Made by a program: the position numbers and the translations under genes. Positions 1 through 11,931 of a stretch of 64,000 nt of DNA are shown piece by piece. Source of the stretch: Escherichia coli (lineage in GTDB: Bacteria; Pseudomonadota; Gammaproteobacteria; Enterobacterales; Enterobacteriaceae). The notes under the pieces are model-generated. The model was not told where the DNA came from. It did no database searches and was given only the letters and a program-made list of their open reading frames with translations. Position 1 is the stretch's first letter, and the number at the start of each line of letters is the position of its first letter. The DNA lies in NCBI RefSeq assembly GCF_045037415.1, contig NZ_CP173438.1, one strand, 5' to 3'.

Positions 1-182
1 CCCTGGTTTTTCACTATGCCCTGACCGCGAATGGTGAGATTGAGAATATAACCTTTCATTCCCAGCGGTCGGTCGATAAAAAAATCGAGATAACCGTTGG
101 CCTCAATCGGCGTTAAACCCGCCACCAGATGGGCGTTAAACGAGTATCCCGGCAGCAGGGGATCATTTTGCGCTTCAGCCAT
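1..182 (-). CDS. araC: AraC arabinose operon regulator, N-terminal 60 codons only (gene continues beyond window start)
   Basis: Reverse complement of ~120-182 translates [20 protein letters not shown], the AraC N-terminus; divergent from araB as in the known ara locus. Confidence 0.9.
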   Translation of the reverse strand, partial: MAEAQNDPLLPGYSFNAHLVAGLTPIEANGYLDFFIDRPLGMKGYILNLTIRGQGIVKNQ

Positions 183-520
183 ACTTTTCATACTCCCGCC
201 ATTCAGAGAAGAAACCAATTGTCCATATTGCATCAGACATTGCCGTCACTGCGTCTTTTACTGGCTCTTCTCGCTGACCCAACCGGTAACCCCGCTTATT
301 AAAAGCATTCTGTAACAAAGCGGGACCAAAGCCATGACAAAAACGCGTAATAAAAGTGTCTATAATCACGGCAGAAAAGTCCACATTGATTATTTGCACG
401 GCGTCACACTTTGCTATGCCATAGCATTTTTATCCATAAGATTAGCGGATCCAGCCTGACGTTTTTTTTCGCAACTCTCTACTGTTTCTCCATACCCGTT
501 TTTTTGGATGGAGTGAAACG
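183..520. promoter_or_regulatory. Divergent araC / araBAD control region (pBAD, araI and araO operators, CRP site)
   Basis: Sequence 413-520 (ccatagcatttttatccataagattagcggatc ... ctctactgtttctccatacccgtttttttgg) is the classic pBAD/araI promoter directly upstream of araB ATG at 521. Confidence 0.75.
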
Positions 521-2221
521 ATGGCGATTGCAATTGGCCTCGATTTTGGCAGTGATTCTGTGCGAGCTTTGGCGGTGGAATGCGCCACTGGTGAAGAGAT
601 CGCCACCAGCGTAGAGTGGTATCCCCGTTGGCAGAACGGGCAATTTTGTGATGCCCCGAATAACCAGTTCCGTCATCATCCGCGTGACTACATTGAGTCA
701 ATGGAAGCGGCGCTGAAAACTGTGCTTGCAGAGCTTTGCGTCGAACAGCGCGCAGCTGTGGTCGGGATTGGCGTTGACACAACCGGCTCGACGCCCGCAC
801 CGATTGACGCCGACGGCAACGTGTTGGCGCTGCGCCCGGAGTTTGCCGAGAACCCGAACGCGATGTTCGTATTGTGGAAAGACCACACCGCGGTTGAAGA
901 AGCGGAAGAGATTACCCGCTTATGTCACACGCCGGGCAACGTTGACTACTCCCGCAATATTGGCGGTATTTATTCCAGCGAATGGTTCTGGGCAAAAATC
1001 CTGCATGTAACTCGCCAGGACAACGCCGTGGCACAATCTGCCGCATCATGGATTGAGCTGTGCGACTGGGTGCCAGCTCTGCTTTCCGGTACCACCCGCC
1101 CGCAGGATATTCGTCGCGGACGTTGCAGCGCCGGGCATAAATCTCTGTGGCACGAAAGCTGGGGTGGCCTGCCGCCAGCCAGTTTCTTTGATGAGCTGGA
1201 CCCGATCCTCAATCGCCATTTGCCTTCCCCGCTGTTCACTGATACCTGGACTGCCGATATTCCGGTGGGCACCTTATGCCCGGAATGGGCGCAGCGTCTC
1301 GGCCTGCCTGAAAGCGTAGTGATTTCCGGCGGCGCGTTTGACTGCCATATGGGCGCAGTTGGCGCAGGCGCACAGCCTAACGCACTGGTAAAAGTTATCG
1401 GTACTTCCACCTGTGACATTCTGATTGCCGACAAACAGAGCGTTGGCGAGCGGGCAGTGAAAGGTATTTGCGGTCAGGTTGATGGCAGCGTGGTGCCTGG
1501 ATTTATCGGTCTGGAAGCAGGCCAATCGGCGTTTGGGGATATCTACGCCTGGTTTGGTCGCGTACTCGGCTGGCCGCTGGAACAGCTTGCCGCCCAGCAT
1601 CCGGAACTGAAAGAGCAAATCAACGCCAGCCAGAAACAACTGCTTCCGGCGCTGACCGAAGTATGGGCTCAAAATCCGTCTCTGGATCACCTACCGGTGG
1701 TGCTCGACTGGTTTAACGGCCGCCGCACACCGAACGCTAACCAACGCCTGAAAGGGGTGATTACCGATCTGAACCTCGCTACCGACGCTCCGCTGCTGTT
1801 CGGCGGTTTGATTGCTGCCACCGCCTTTGGCGCACGCGCAATCATGGAGTGCTTTACCGATCAGGGGATCGCCGTCAATAACGTGATGGCGCTGGGCGGC
1901 ATCGCGCGGAAAAACCAGGTCATTATGCAGGCCTGCTGCGACGTGCTGAATCGCCCGCTGCAAATTGTTGCCTCTGACCAGTGCTGTGCGCTCGGTGCGG
2001 CGATTTTTGCTGCTGTCGCCGCGAAAGTGCACGCAGACATCCCATCAGCCCAGCAAAAAATGGCCAGTGCGGTAGAGAAAACCCTGCAACCGCGCAGCGA
2101 ACAGGCACAACGCTTTGAACAGCTTTATCGCCGCTATCAGCAATGGGCGATGAGCGCCGAACAACACTATCTTCCAACTTCCGCCCCGGCACAGGCTGCC
2201 CAGGCCGTTCCGACTCTATAA
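521..2221 (+). CDS. araB: L-ribulokinase
   Basis: 566-aa ORF, N-terminus [19 protein letters not shown]; length and sequence match AraB. Confidence 0.97.
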
Positions 2222-2231
2222 GGACACGACA

Positions 2232-3734
2232 ATGACGATTTTTGATAATTATGAAGTGTGGTTTGTAATTGGCAGCCAGCATCTTTACGGCCCGGAGACT
2301 CTGCGCCAGGTGACGCAACATGCGGAACACGTTGTTAATGCACTGAATACAGAAGCGAAGTTGCCCTGCAAACTGGTGCTGAAACCGCTGGGCACCACGC
2401 CGGATGAAATCACCGCTATTTGCCGCGACGCGAATTACGACGATCGTTGCGCTGGTCTGGTGGTGTGGCTGCACACTTTCTCCCCGGCCAAAATGTGGAT
2501 CAACGGCCTGACCATGCTCAACAAACCGTTGCTGCAATTCCACACCCAGTTCAACGCGGCGCTGCCGTGGGACAGCATCGACATGGACTTTATGAACCTG
2601 AACCAGACCGCGCATGGCGGTCGCGAGTTCGGCTTCATCGGCGCGCGTATGCGTCAGCAACATGCCGTTGTTACCGGTCACTGGCAGGATAAACAAGCAC
2701 ATGAGCGTATCGGCTCCTGGATGCGTCAGGCGGTCTCTAAACAGGATACCCGTCATCTGAAAGTCTGCCGTTTTGGCGATAACATGCGTGAAGTAGCGGT
2801 CACCGATGGCGATAAAGTTGCCGCACAGATCAAGTTTGGTTTCTCCGTCAATACCTGGGCGGTTGGCGATCTGGTGCAGGTGGTGAACTCCATCAGCGAC
2901 GGCGATGTTAACGCGCTGGTCGATGAGTACGAAAGCTGCTACACCATGACACCTGCCACACAAATCCACGGCGAAAAACGACAGAACGTGCTGGAAGCGG
3001 CGCGTATTGAGCTGGGGATGAAGCGTTTCCTGGAACAGGGTGGCTTCCACGCTTTCACTACTACCTTTGAAGATTTGCACGGCCTGAAACAGCTTCCTGG
3101 TCTGGCCGTACAGCGTCTGATGCAGCAGGGCTACGGCTTTGCGGGCGAAGGCGACTGGAAAACTGCCGCCCTGCTTCGCATCATGAAGGTGATGTCAACC
3201 GGTCTGCAGGGCGGCACCTCCTTTATGGAGGACTACACCTATCACTTCGAGAAAGGTAATGACCTGGTACTCGGCTCCCATATGCTGGAAGTCTGCCCGT
3301 CGATCGCTGTGGAAGAGAAACCGATCCTCGACGTTCAGCACCTTGGTATTGGCGGTAAAGACGACCCGGCTCGCCTGATCTTCAATACTCAAACTGGTCC
3401 GGCCATTGTCGCCAGCCTGATTGATCTCGGCGATCGTTATCGTCTGCTGGTTAACTGCATCGACACGGTGAAAACACCGCACTCCCTGCCGAAACTGCCG
3501 GTGGCGAATGCGCTGTGGAAAGCGCAACCGGATCTGCCGACCGCTTCCGAAGCGTGGATCCTTGCCGGTGGCGCGCACCATACCGTCTTCAGCCATGCGC
3601 TGAACCTCAACGATATGCGCCAGTTCGCCGAGATGCACGACATTGAAATCACGGTGATTGATAACGATACCCGCCTTCCAGCGTTTAAAGACGCGCTGCG
3701 CTGGAACGAAGTGTATTACGGATTTCGTCGCTAA
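2232..3734 (+). CDS. araA: L-arabinose isomerase
   Basis: 500-aa [23 protein letters not shown]...; matches AraA. Confidence 0.97.
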
Positions 3735-3848
3735 GTAGCCGCATCAGGTATGTAACGCCTGATGCGACGCCGACGCGTCTTATCAGGCCTACACGCTGCG
3801 ATTTTGTAGGCCGGATAAGCAAATCGCATCCGGCACGAAGGAGTCAAC
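3735..3848. repeat. REP/BIME-type intergenic palindromic repeats (araA-araD spacer)
   Basis: Contains gcctgatgcgacgc...gcgtcttatcaggcctac and gtaggccggataagc...gcatccggca REP motifs. Confidence 0.7.
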
Positions 3849-4544
3849 ATGTTAGAAGATCTCAAACGCCAGGTATTAGAAGCCAACCTGGCGCTGCCAA
3901 AACACAACCTGGTCACGCTCACCTGGGGCAACGTCAGCGCCGTTGATCGCGGGCGCGGCGTCTTTGTGATCAAACCTTCCGGCGTCGACTACAGCATCAT
4001 GACCGCTGACGATATGGTCGTGGTCAGCATCGAAACCGGTGAAGTGGTTGAAGGTACGAAAAAGCCCTCCTCCGACACGCCAACTCACCGGCTGCTCTAT
4101 CAGGCATTCCCGTCCATTGGCGGCATTGTGCACACACACTCGCGCCACGCCACCATCTGGGCGCAGGCGGGTCAGTCAATTCCGGCAACCGGTACCACCC
4201 ACGCCGACTATTTCTACGGTCCCATTCCCTGCACCCGCAAAATGACCGACGCAGAAATCAACGGTGAATATGAGTGGGAAACCGGTAACGTCATCGTAGA
4301 AACCTTCGAAAAACAGGGTATCGATGCAGCGCAAATGCCCGGCGTCCTGGTCCATTCTCACGGCCCATTTGCATGGGGCAAAAATGCCGAAGATGCGGTG
4401 CATAATGCCATCGTGCTGGAAGAGGTCGCTTATATGGGTATATTCTGCCGTCAGTTAGCGCCGCAGTTACCGGATATGCAGCAAACGCTGCTGGATAAAC
4501 ACTATCTGCGTAAGCATGGCGCGAAGGCATATTACGGGCAGTAA
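3849..4544 (+). CDS. araD: L-ribulose-5-phosphate 4-epimerase
   Basis: 231-aa [38 protein letters not shown]...; matches AraD. Confidence 0.97.
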   Translation: MLEDLKRQVLEANLALPKHNLVTLTWGNVSAVDRGRGVFVIKPSGVDYSIMTADDMVVVSIETGEVVEGTKKPSSDTPTHRLLYQAFPSIGGIVHTHSRHATIWAQAGQSIPATGTTHADYFYGPIPCTRKMTDAEINGEYEWETGNVIVETFEKQGIDAAQMPGVLVHSHGPFAWGKNAEDAVHNAIVLEEVAYMGIFCRQLAPQLPDMQQTLLDKHYLRKHGAKAYYGQ

Positions 4545-4547
4545 TGA

Positions 4548-4563
4548 CTGTATAAAACCACAG
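4548..4563 (+). promoter_or_regulatory. LexA (SOS) box upstream of polB
   Basis: CTGTATAAAACCACAG fits the CTGT-N8-ACAG LexA consensus; polB (dinA) is a known SOS gene. Confidence 0.7.
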
Positions 4564-4576
4564 CCAATCAAACGAA

Positions 4577-4605
4577 ACCAGGCTATAATCAAGCCTGGTT
4601 TTTTA
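4577..4605 (+). terminator. Putative intrinsic terminator after araBAD
   Basis: 8-bp stem accaggct / agcctggt with 7-nt loop followed by T6 run; loop contains TATAAT hexamer. Confidence 0.5.
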
Positions 4606-4618
4606 TTGGATTTTCAGC

Positions 4619-6970
4619 GTGGCGCAGGCAGGTTTTATCTTAACCCGACACTGGCGGGACACCCCGCAAGGGACCGAAGTTTCCTTCTGGCTGGCGACGG
4701 ACAACGGGCCGTTGCAGGTTTTCCTTGCGCCGCAAGAGTCCGTGGCGTTTATTCCTGCCGATCAGGTTCCCCGCGCTCAGCATATTTTGCAGGGTGAACA
4801 AGGCTTTCGCCTGACGCCGCTGGCGTTAAAAGATTTTCACCGCCAGCCGGTGTATGGCCTTTACTGTCGCGCCCATCGCCAGTTGATGAATTACGAAAAG
4901 CGCCTGCGTGAAGGTGGCGTTACCGTCTACGAGGCCGATGTGCGCCCGCCAGAACGCTATCTGATGGAGCGATTTATCACCTCACCGGTGTGGGTCGAGG
5001 GTGATATGCGCAATGGCGCTATCGTTAATGCCCGTCTGAAACCGCATCCCGACTATCGTCCGCCGCTCAAGTGGGTTTCTATTGATATTGAAACCACCCG
5101 CCACGGTGAGCTGTACTGCATCGGCCTGGAAGGTTGCGGGCAGCGTATCGTTTATATGCTGGGGCCAGAGAATGGCGACGCCTCCGCGCTCGATTTTGAA
5201 CTGGAATACGTCGCCAGCCGCCCGCTGCTACTGGAAAAACTTAACGCCTGGTTTGCCAACTACGATCCTGATGTGATCATCGGTTGGAACGTGGTGCAGT
5301 TCGATCTGCGAATGCTGCAAAAACATGCCGAGCGTTACCGTATTCCGCTGCGGCTGGGGCGTGATAACAGTGAGCTGGAGTGGCGCGAGCACGGCTTTAA
5401 AAACGGTGTGTTTTTTGCTCAGGTTAAAGGTCGGCTAATTATCGACGGTATCGAGGCGCTGAAATCCGCGTTCTGGAATTTCTCTTCATTCTCGCTGGAA
5501 ACCGTCGCTCAGGAGTTATTAGGCGAAGGAAAATCTATCGATAACCCGTGGGATCGAATGGACGAAATTGACCGCCGTTTCGCCGAAGATAAACCTGCGC
5601 TGGCAACTTATAACCTGAAAGATTGCGAGCTGGTGACGCAGATCTTCCACAAAACTGAAATTATGCCGTTTTTGCTCGAACGGGCGACGGTGAACGGCCT
5701 GCCGGTGGATCGACACGGCGGTTCGGTGGCAGCGTTTGGTCATCTCTATTTTCCCCGTATGCATCGCGCTGGTTATGTCGCGCCTAATCTCGGCGAAGTG
5801 CCGCCGCACGCCAGCCCTGGCGGCTACGTGATGGATTCGCGACCTGGGCTTTATGATTCGGTGCTGGTGCTGGACTACAAAAGCCTGTACCCGTCGATCA
5901 TCCGCACCTTTCTGATTGATCCCGTCGGGCTGGTGGAAGGCATGGCGCAGCCTGATCCAGAGCACAGTACCGAAGGTTTTCTCGATGCGTGGTTCTCACG
6001 GGAGAAACATTGCCTGCCGGAGATTGTGACTAACATCTGGCACGGGCGCGATGAAGCCAAACGTCAGGGTAATAAGCCGCTTTCGCAGGCGCTGAAGATC
6101 ATTATGAATGCCTTTTATGGTGTGCTCGGCACCACCGCCTGCCGTTTCTTCGATCCACGCCTGGCATCGTCGATCACCATGCGTGGTCATCAGATCATGC
6201 GGCAAACCAAAACGTTGATTGAAGCGCAGGGCTATGACGTTATCTACGGCGATACCGACTCAACGTTTGTCTGGCTGAAAGGTGCACATTCGGAAGAAGA
6301 AGCAGCGAAAATCGGTCGTGCACTGGTGCAGCACGTTAACGCCTGGTGGGCGGAAACGCTGCAAAAACAACGGCTGACCAGCGCACTGGAACTGGAGTAT
6401 GAAACCCATTTCTGCCGTTTTCTGATGCCAACCATTCGCGGGGCCGATACCGGCAGCAAAAAGCGCTACGCCGGACTGATTCAGGAGGGCGACAAACAGC
6501 GGATGGTGTTTAAAGGGCTGGAAACCGTGCGCACCGACTGGACGCCACTGGCCCAGCAGTTTCAGCAGGAGCTTTACCTGCGTATCTTCCGCAACGAGCC
6601 ATATCAGGAATACGTGCGTGAAACCATCGACAAACTGATGGCGGGTGAACTGGATGCGCGGCTGGTTTACCGTAAACGCCTTCGCCGTCCGCTGAGCGAA
6701 TATCAGCGTAATGTGCCGCCTCATGTACGCGCCGCTCGCCTTGCCGATGAAGAAAACCATAAGCGCGGTCGCCCCTTGCAATATCAGAACCGCGGCACCA
6801 TTAAGTACGTATGGACCACCAACGGCCCGGAGCCGCTGGACTACCAACGTTCACCACTGGATTACGAACACTATCTGACCCGCCAGCTACAACCCGTAGC
6901 GGAGGGAATACTCCCTTTTATTGAGGATAATTTTGCTACACTTATGACCGGGCAACTTGGGCTATTTTGA
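4619..6970 (+). CDS. polB: DNA polymerase II
   Basis: 783-aa ORF, GTG start; contains polymerase motifs (YGDTDS); length matches Pol II. Confidence 0.95.
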   Translation: MAQAGFILTRHWRDTPQGTEVSFWLATDNGPLQVFLAPQESVAFIPADQVPRAQHILQGEQGFRLTPLALKDFHRQPVYGLYCRAHRQLMNYEKRLREGGVTVYEADVRPPERYLMERFITSPVWVEGDMRNGAIVNARLKPHPDYRPPLKWVSIDIETTRHGELYCIGLEGCGQRIVYMLGPENGDASALDFELEYVASRPLLLEKLNAWFANYDPDVIIGWNVVQFDLRMLQKHAERYRIPLRLGRDNSELEWREHGFKNGVFFAQVKGRLIIDGIEALKSAFWNFSSFSLETVAQELLGEGKSIDNPWDRMDEIDRRFAEDKPALATYNLKDCELVTQIFHKTEIMPFLLERATVNGLPVDRHGGSVAAFGHLYFPRMHRAGYVAPNLGEVPPHASPGGYVMDSRPGLYDSVLVLDYKSLYPSIIRTFLIDPVGLVEGMAQPDPEHSTEGFLDAWFSREKHCLPEIVTNIWHGRDEAKRQGNKPLSQALKIIMNAFYGVLGTTACRFFDPRLASSITMRGHQIMRQTKTLIEAQGYDVIYGDTDSTFVWLKGAHSEEEAAKIGRALVQHVNAWWAETLQKQRLTSALELEYETHFCRFLMPTIRGADTGSKKRYAGLIQEGDKQRMVFKGLETVRTDWTPLAQQFQQELYLRIFRNEPYQEYVRETIDKLMAGELDARLVYRKRLRRPLSEYQRNVPPHVRAARLADEENHKRGRPLQYQNRGTIKYVWTTNGPEPLDYQRSPLDYEHYLTRQLQPVAEGILPFIEDNFATLMTGQLGLF

Positions 6971-7134
6971 GCAAAAAAAAGAGTTCGCCAGATACCATTT
7001 TGATGCGTGACGAATGCTTTGCCATCCAGTACCATAGCGCCCTTTCCATTCCTGGACCTGAATAACACCACTACCTCATAAGCACGGTAGCGGGTGGTTA
7101 TTGCCTGCAATTAAAGATATAGAGCCGAACACAT

Positions 7135-10041
7135 ATGCCTTTTACACTTGGTCAACGCTGGATCAGCGATACAGAAAGCGAATTGGGACTTGGAACCGTT
7201 GTCGCGGTGGATGCGCGAACTGTCACTTTACTTTTCCCATCTACTGGTGAAAACCGTCTGTACGCACGCAGTGATTCCCCCGTGACCCGCGTGATGTTCA
7301 ACCCTGGTGATACCATTACCAGCCATGACGGCTGGCAGATGCAAGTCGAAGAAGTAAAAGAAGAAAATGGCTTGCTGACCTATATCGGTACTCGCCTTGA
7401 TACTGAAGAGTCCGGCGTGGCCCTGCGTGAAGTTTTCCTTGATAGCAAACTGGTGTTCAGCAAACCGCAGGACCGTCTGTTTGCCGGGCAGATTGACCGT
7501 ATGGACCGCTTTGCGCTGCGTTATCGCGCGCGTAAGTATTCCAGCGAACAGTTCCGTATGCCGTACAGCGGCCTGCGCGGTCAGCGTACCAGCCTGATCC
7601 CGCACCAGCTCAACATCGCTCATGATGTTGGTCGCCGCCACGCGCCGCGCGTCCTGTTGGCTGACGAAGTGGGTTTAGGGAAAACCATTGAGGCCGGGAT
7701 GATCCTGCATCAGCAACTGCTCTCTGGCGCTGCTGAACGTGTGCTGATTATCGTCCCGGAAACCTTACAGCATCAGTGGCTGGTAGAAATGCTGCGCCGT
7801 TTCAACCTGCGCTTTGCTCTGTTTGATGATGAGCGTTATGCCGAAGCTCAGCACGATGCTTACAACCCGTTCGATACCGAGCAGCTGGTGATTTGCTCGC
7901 TGGATTTTGCCCGTCGTAGCAAACAGCGTCTGGAACATCTCTGTGAAGCCGAGTGGGATCTACTGGTGGTCGATGAAGCGCATCACCTGGTGTGGAGCGA
8001 AGATGCGCCGAGCCGTGAATATCAGGCCATTGAACAACTGGCAGAGCACGTGCCGGGCGTTCTGCTGCTGACCGCAACCCCGGAACAGCTGGGGATGGAA
8101 AGCCACTTCGCCCGTCTGCGTCTGCTGGACCCGAACCGTTTCCACGATTTTGCGCAATTCGTTGAAGAGCAGAAAAATTATCGTCCGGTTGCGGACGCCG
8201 TTGCCATGCTGCTGGCGGGTAACAAACTCAGCAATGACGAACTGAACATGCTCGGTGAGATGATCGGCGAGCAGGATATCGAGCCGCTGTTGCAAGCAGC
8301 AAACAGCGACAGCGAAGATGCCCAGAGCGCCCGTCAGGAACTGGTTTCGATGCTGATGGATCGCCACGGTACCAGCCGCGTGCTGTTCCGTAACACCCGT
8401 AACGGTGTGAAAGGCTTCCCGAAACGCGAGCTGCATACTATTAAGCTGCCACTGCCGACGCAGTATCAGACCGCTATTAAAGTCTCCGGCATTATGGGCG
8501 CACGCAAAAGTGCGGAAGATCGCGCTCGCGATATGCTCTATCCGGAGCGTATTTATCAGGAATTTGAAGGCGATAACGCCACCTGGTGGAACTTCGATCC
8601 GCGCGTTGAATGGCTGATGGGCTACCTGACCAGTCATCGCTCTCAGAAAGTGCTGGTGATCTGCGCCAAAGCGGCCACTGCGCTGCAACTGGAGCAGGTA
8701 CTGCGCGAACGTGAAGGTATTCGCGCCGCAGTGTTCCACGAAGGCATGTCGATTATCGAACGTGACCGCGCTGCCGCCTGGTTTGCTGAAGAAGACACCG
8801 GTGCGCAGGTACTGCTGTGCTCGGAAATCGGTTCTGAAGGACGTAACTTCCAGTTCGCCAGCCACATGGTGATGTTTGACCTGCCATTCAACCCGGATCT
8901 GCTGGAGCAGCGTATTGGGCGTCTGGATCGTATCGGTCAGGCGCACGATATTCAGATCCATGTGCCTTATCTGGAAAAAACGGCTCAGTCGGTGCTGGTG
9001 CGCTGGTATCACGAAGGTCTGGATGCGTTCGAGCACACCTGCCCGACCGGACGCACTATTTACGATAGCGTATACAACGATCTGATTAACTATCTGGCTT
9101 CACCGGATGAGACCGAAGGCTTTGACGATCTAATCAAAAACTGCCGCGAGCAGCACGAAGCGCTGAAAGCACAACTGGAACAGGGGCGTGACCGCCTGCT
9201 GGAGATCCATTCCAACGGTGGCGAAAAAGCCCAGGCACTGGCAGAAAGCATTGAAGAGCAGGATGACGATACCAATCTGATCGCCTTCGCCATGAACCTG
9301 TTCGATATTATCGGTATCAATCAGGACGATCGCGGCGACAACATGATCGTGCTGACGCCGTCCGATCATATGCTGGTGCCGGACTTCCCTGGCCTGTCGG
9401 AAGATGGCATCACCATCACCTTCGACCGTGAAGTGGCGCTGGCGCGTGAAGATGCACAGTTTATTACCTGGGAGCATCCGCTGATCCGCAACGGTCTGGA
9501 TCTGATCCTTTCTGGCGATACCGGTAGCAGCACGATTTCACTGTTGAAAAACAAAGCGTTGCCGGTAGGTACGCTGTTGGTGGAACTGATTTATGTGGTT
9601 GAAGCCCAGGCTCCGAAGCAGTTGCAGCTCAACCGCTTCCTGCCACCGACGCCGGTACGTATGCTGCTGGATAAAAACGGCAACAACCTGGCGGCGCAGG
9701 TAGAATTTGAAACCTTTAACCGTCAGCTTAACGCGGTTAACCGTCACACCGGCAGCAAGCTGGTTAACGCGGTGCAGCAGGATGTTCACGCTATCCTTCA
9801 GCTGGGGGAAGCGCAGATCGAGAAATCTGCCCGTGCATTGATTGATGCAGCGCGTAACGAAGCCGACGAAAAACTGTCTGCCGAGCTGTCTCGTCTGGAA
9901 GCGCTGCGTGCAGTTAACCCGAACATTCGTGACGACGAACTGACCGCCATTGAGAGCAACCGTCAGCAGGTAATGGAAAGCCTGGATCAGGCAGGCTGGC
10001 GTCTGGATGCCCTGCGTTTGATCGTTGTGACGCATCAGTAA
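7135..10041 (+). CDS. rapA: RNA polymerase-associated Swi2/Snf2 ATPase RapA (HepA)
   Basis: 968-aa [25 protein letters not shown]..., helicase motifs ([13 protein letters not shown]); matches RapA. Confidence 0.97.
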   Translation: MPFTLGQRWISDTESELGLGTVVAVDARTVTLLFPSTGENRLYARSDSPVTRVMFNPGDTITSHDGWQMQVEEVKEENGLLTYIGTRLDTEESGVALREVFLDSKLVFSKPQDRLFAGQIDRMDRFALRYRARKYSSEQFRMPYSGLRGQRTSLIPHQLNIAHDVGRRHAPRVLLADEVGLGKTIEAGMILHQQLLSGAAERVLIIVPETLQHQWLVEMLRRFNLRFALFDDERYAEAQHDAYNPFDTEQLVICSLDFARRSKQRLEHLCEAEWDLLVVDEAHHLVWSEDAPSREYQAIEQLAEHVPGVLLLTATPEQLGMESHFARLRLLDPNRFHDFAQFVEEQKNYRPVADAVAMLLAGNKLSNDELNMLGEMIGEQDIEPLLQAANSDSEDAQSARQELVSMLMDRHGTSRVLFRNTRNGVKGFPKRELHTIKLPLPTQYQTAIKVSGIMGARKSAEDRARDMLYPERIYQEFEGDNATWWNFDPRVEWLMGYLTSHRSQKVLVICAKAATALQLEQVLREREGIRAAVFHEGMSIIERDRAAAWFAEEDTGAQVLLCSEIGSEGRNFQFASHMVMFDLPFNPDLLEQRIGRLDRIGQAHDIQIHVPYLEKTAQSVLVRWYHEGLDAFEHTCPTGRTIYDSVYNDLINYLASPDETEGFDDLIKNCREQHEALKAQLEQGRDRLLEIHSNGGEKAQALAESIEEQDDDTNLIAFAMNLFDIIGINQDDRGDNMIVLTPSDHMLVPDFPGLSEDGITITFDREVALAREDAQFITWEHPLIRNGLDLILSGDTGSSTISLLKNKALPVGTLLVELIYVVEAQAPKQLQLNRFLPPTPVRMLLDKNGNNLAAQVEFETFNRQLNAVNRHTGSKLVNAVQQDVHAILQLGEAQIEKSARALIDAARNEADEKLSAELSRLEALRAVNPNIRDDELTAIESNRQQVMESLDQAGWRLDALRLIVVTHQ

Positions 10042-10052
10042 CGGAGCCGAAG

Positions 10053-10712
10053 ATGGGGATGGAAAACTACAATCCGCCGCAGGAACCCTGGCTGGTTGTC
10101 CTGTATCAGGATGACCATATTATGGTGGTCAACAAGCCGAGCGGTTTGTTGTCTGTGCCGGGTCGTCTGGAAGAGCACAAAGACAGCGTGATGACGCGCA
10201 TTCAGCGTGATTATCCGCAGGCAGAATCGGTGCATCGTCTGGATATGGCTACCAGCGGCGTGATTGTAGTGGCGCTGACCAAAGCCGCGGAGCGGGAGTT
10301 AAAACGCCAGTTCCGCGAGCGCGAGCCGAAAAAACAGTATGTGGCCCGCGTCTGGGGGCATCCATCCCCTGCGGAAGGTCTGGTGGATCTGCCGCTGATT
10401 TGCGACTGGCCAAACCGCCCGAAACAGAAAGTCTGTTACGAAACAGGTAAACCTGCGCAGACGGAGTATGAAGTGGTGGAATATGCGGCGGATAACACGG
10501 CAAGAGTGGTGTTAAAACCGATTACCGGGCGTTCGCATCAGCTGCGTGTGCATATGCTGGCGCTGGGTCATCCGATTCTCGGCGATCGTTTTTATGCATC
10601 ACCAGAAGCGAGAGCAATGGCACCGCGTTTGTTGCTACATGCAGAGATGCTGACGATTACCCATCCGGCGTATGGCAATAGTATGACGTTTAAAGCACCA
10701 GCGGATTTTTAA
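10053..10712 (+). CDS. rluA: Dual-specificity 23S rRNA / tRNA pseudouridine synthase
   Basis: 219-aa ORF; length and sequence match RluA. Confidence 0.95.
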   Translation: MGMENYNPPQEPWLVVLYQDDHIMVVNKPSGLLSVPGRLEEHKDSVMTRIQRDYPQAESVHRLDMATSGVIVVALTKAAERELKRQFREREPKKQYVARVWGHPSPAEGLVDLPLICDWPNRPKQKVCYETGKPAQTEYEVVEYAADNTARVVLKPITGRSHQLRVHMLALGHPILGDRFYASPEARAMAPRLLLHAEMLTITHPAYGNSMTFKAPADF

Positions 10713-10861
10713 TAGTCACGCTGGCGAAGTTCGGTAGGCCGGATAAGGCGTTCACGCCACATCCGGCAATTGTGCGCCGATTGTCTGATGCTGCTCGCCG
10801 GATGCGACGCTGGCGCGTCTTATCCGGCCTACCGCGTCTTATCAGGCCTACACGTTGAAAC
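10713..10861. repeat. REP/BIME cluster (rluA-djlA spacer)
   Basis: Several gccggatgcg...cgtcttatccggcctac REP units; occupies the position where K-12 carries yabP/yabQ. Confidence 0.7.
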
Positions 10862-11677
10862 TTATTTAAACCCTTTCTGCTGCTTTATCAGCTCATAGGC
10901 CTGCTGAATTTCCTGCGCTTTTTGCTTCGCCATCTCCATCATCTCAGGCGGCAAACCTTTCGCCACCAACTTATCGGGATGGTGTTCACTCATCAGCTTA
11001 CGGTAGGCACGTTTGATGGTGGTCGCATCATCCGTCGGCTTCACGCCCAGCACATTACAGGCATCTTCCAGCGTCGGGCCACGCTGCGCTTGCTGCCAGT
11101 TACCACTGCCAGATTGCTGCTGATAACCGCCGCCAAACTGTGCACCGCCCTGCATCATGCGCAAAAACTGGTCAAACTGGGCGCGGGAGATGCCTAACTC
11201 TTCGGCAATGACATACAGCACCGCCCGTTCATTCGGGTGCAGTGAACCATCAGCAAACGCCGCCTGAATCTGGATCTCCAGAAACATACGAATTAAGTCA
11301 AAACGACCAAAGCAGACACTGCGAAACTGGCGCATCTTTTCGCGCAGCGGGTAATTATCTGATTTTCCCACCCGGAACGCATTTTGCGCCGCAGTACGGG
11401 AAGCGCCATGAAGGTTCATTCGGTCCATCAACTGGCTGGCGATATGAATATCAGCCTCCGTGACGCGACCTTTGGATTTGGTTAAATGGCCCATCACTTC
11501 AAAAGTGGTGGCAAAAAACAGCGCCTGACGCTCACGCTGGTTGGCGAACCACGCCATTTTACGGCTACGGGCTTTATCAAACATATGGCCAATTAACAGA
11601 CCTAACACTACGCCCCAAAAGCCGCCGCCCATCAGTAAGGCCACGGCCACGCCAATGATTTTTCCCCAATACTGCAT
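10862..11677 (-). CDS. djlA: DnaJ-like co-chaperone DjlA
   Basis: Track ORF is 286 aa; internal Met [19 protein letters not shown] gives the 271-aa DjlA with C-terminal J-domain (HPDK). Confidence 0.9.
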   Translation of the reverse strand: MQYWGKIIGVAVALLMGGGFWGVVLGLLIGHMFDKARSRKMAWFANQRERQALFFATTFEVMGHLTKSKGRVTEADIHIASQLMDRMNLHGASRTAAQNAFRVGKSDNYPLREKMRQFRSVCFGRFDLIRMFLEIQIQAAFADGSLHPNERAVLYVIAEELGISRAQFDQFLRMMQGGAQFGGGYQQQSGSGNWQQAQRGPTLEDACNVLGVKPTDDATTIKRAYRKLMSEHHPDKLVAKGLPPEMMEMAKQKAQEIQQAYELIKQQKGFK

Positions 11678-11931
11678 ATATTCCCCAAATCGACACACGG
11701 ATATCAGGGCTATCTCCCACAATATAAAGGTGCTTTTACCGTTTTCCGGCTGCGGTCAATTGTGGGACATCGCCTATAATTTGCATTATCATACCTGTCA
11801 TTCAATGCCGTGCCTAACACCACTGACGCTATTCGGACAGGATTAACACTAGCGTAGAGATGACGAGTACGTTAGTCTCTGACCGTTTGTCACGCGCAAC
11901 GTTACCGATGATGGAACAATAAAATCAACGT

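Noticed and set aside
97-399. Small ORFs at 97..315 (+) and 175..399 (-)
   Set aside because: Overlap the araC 5' end and the araC/araBAD regulatory region; the minus-strand ORF is in the wrong frame for AraC; spurious.
1923-3080. 385-aa ORF on the minus strand
   Set aside because: Antisense to the araB end and araA; spurious.
7960-9036. 358-aa ORF on the minus strand
   Set aside because: Antisense within rapA; spurious.
10862-11722. 5'-extended ORF starts given by the ORF track (djlA, and likewise kefC, folA, fixA, caiD, caiF, ispH, nhaR, dnaJ, apaG, carA)
   Set aside because: Internal start codons reproduce the known protein N-termini and lengths; the upstream extensions overlap neighbouring genes or lack an RBS.
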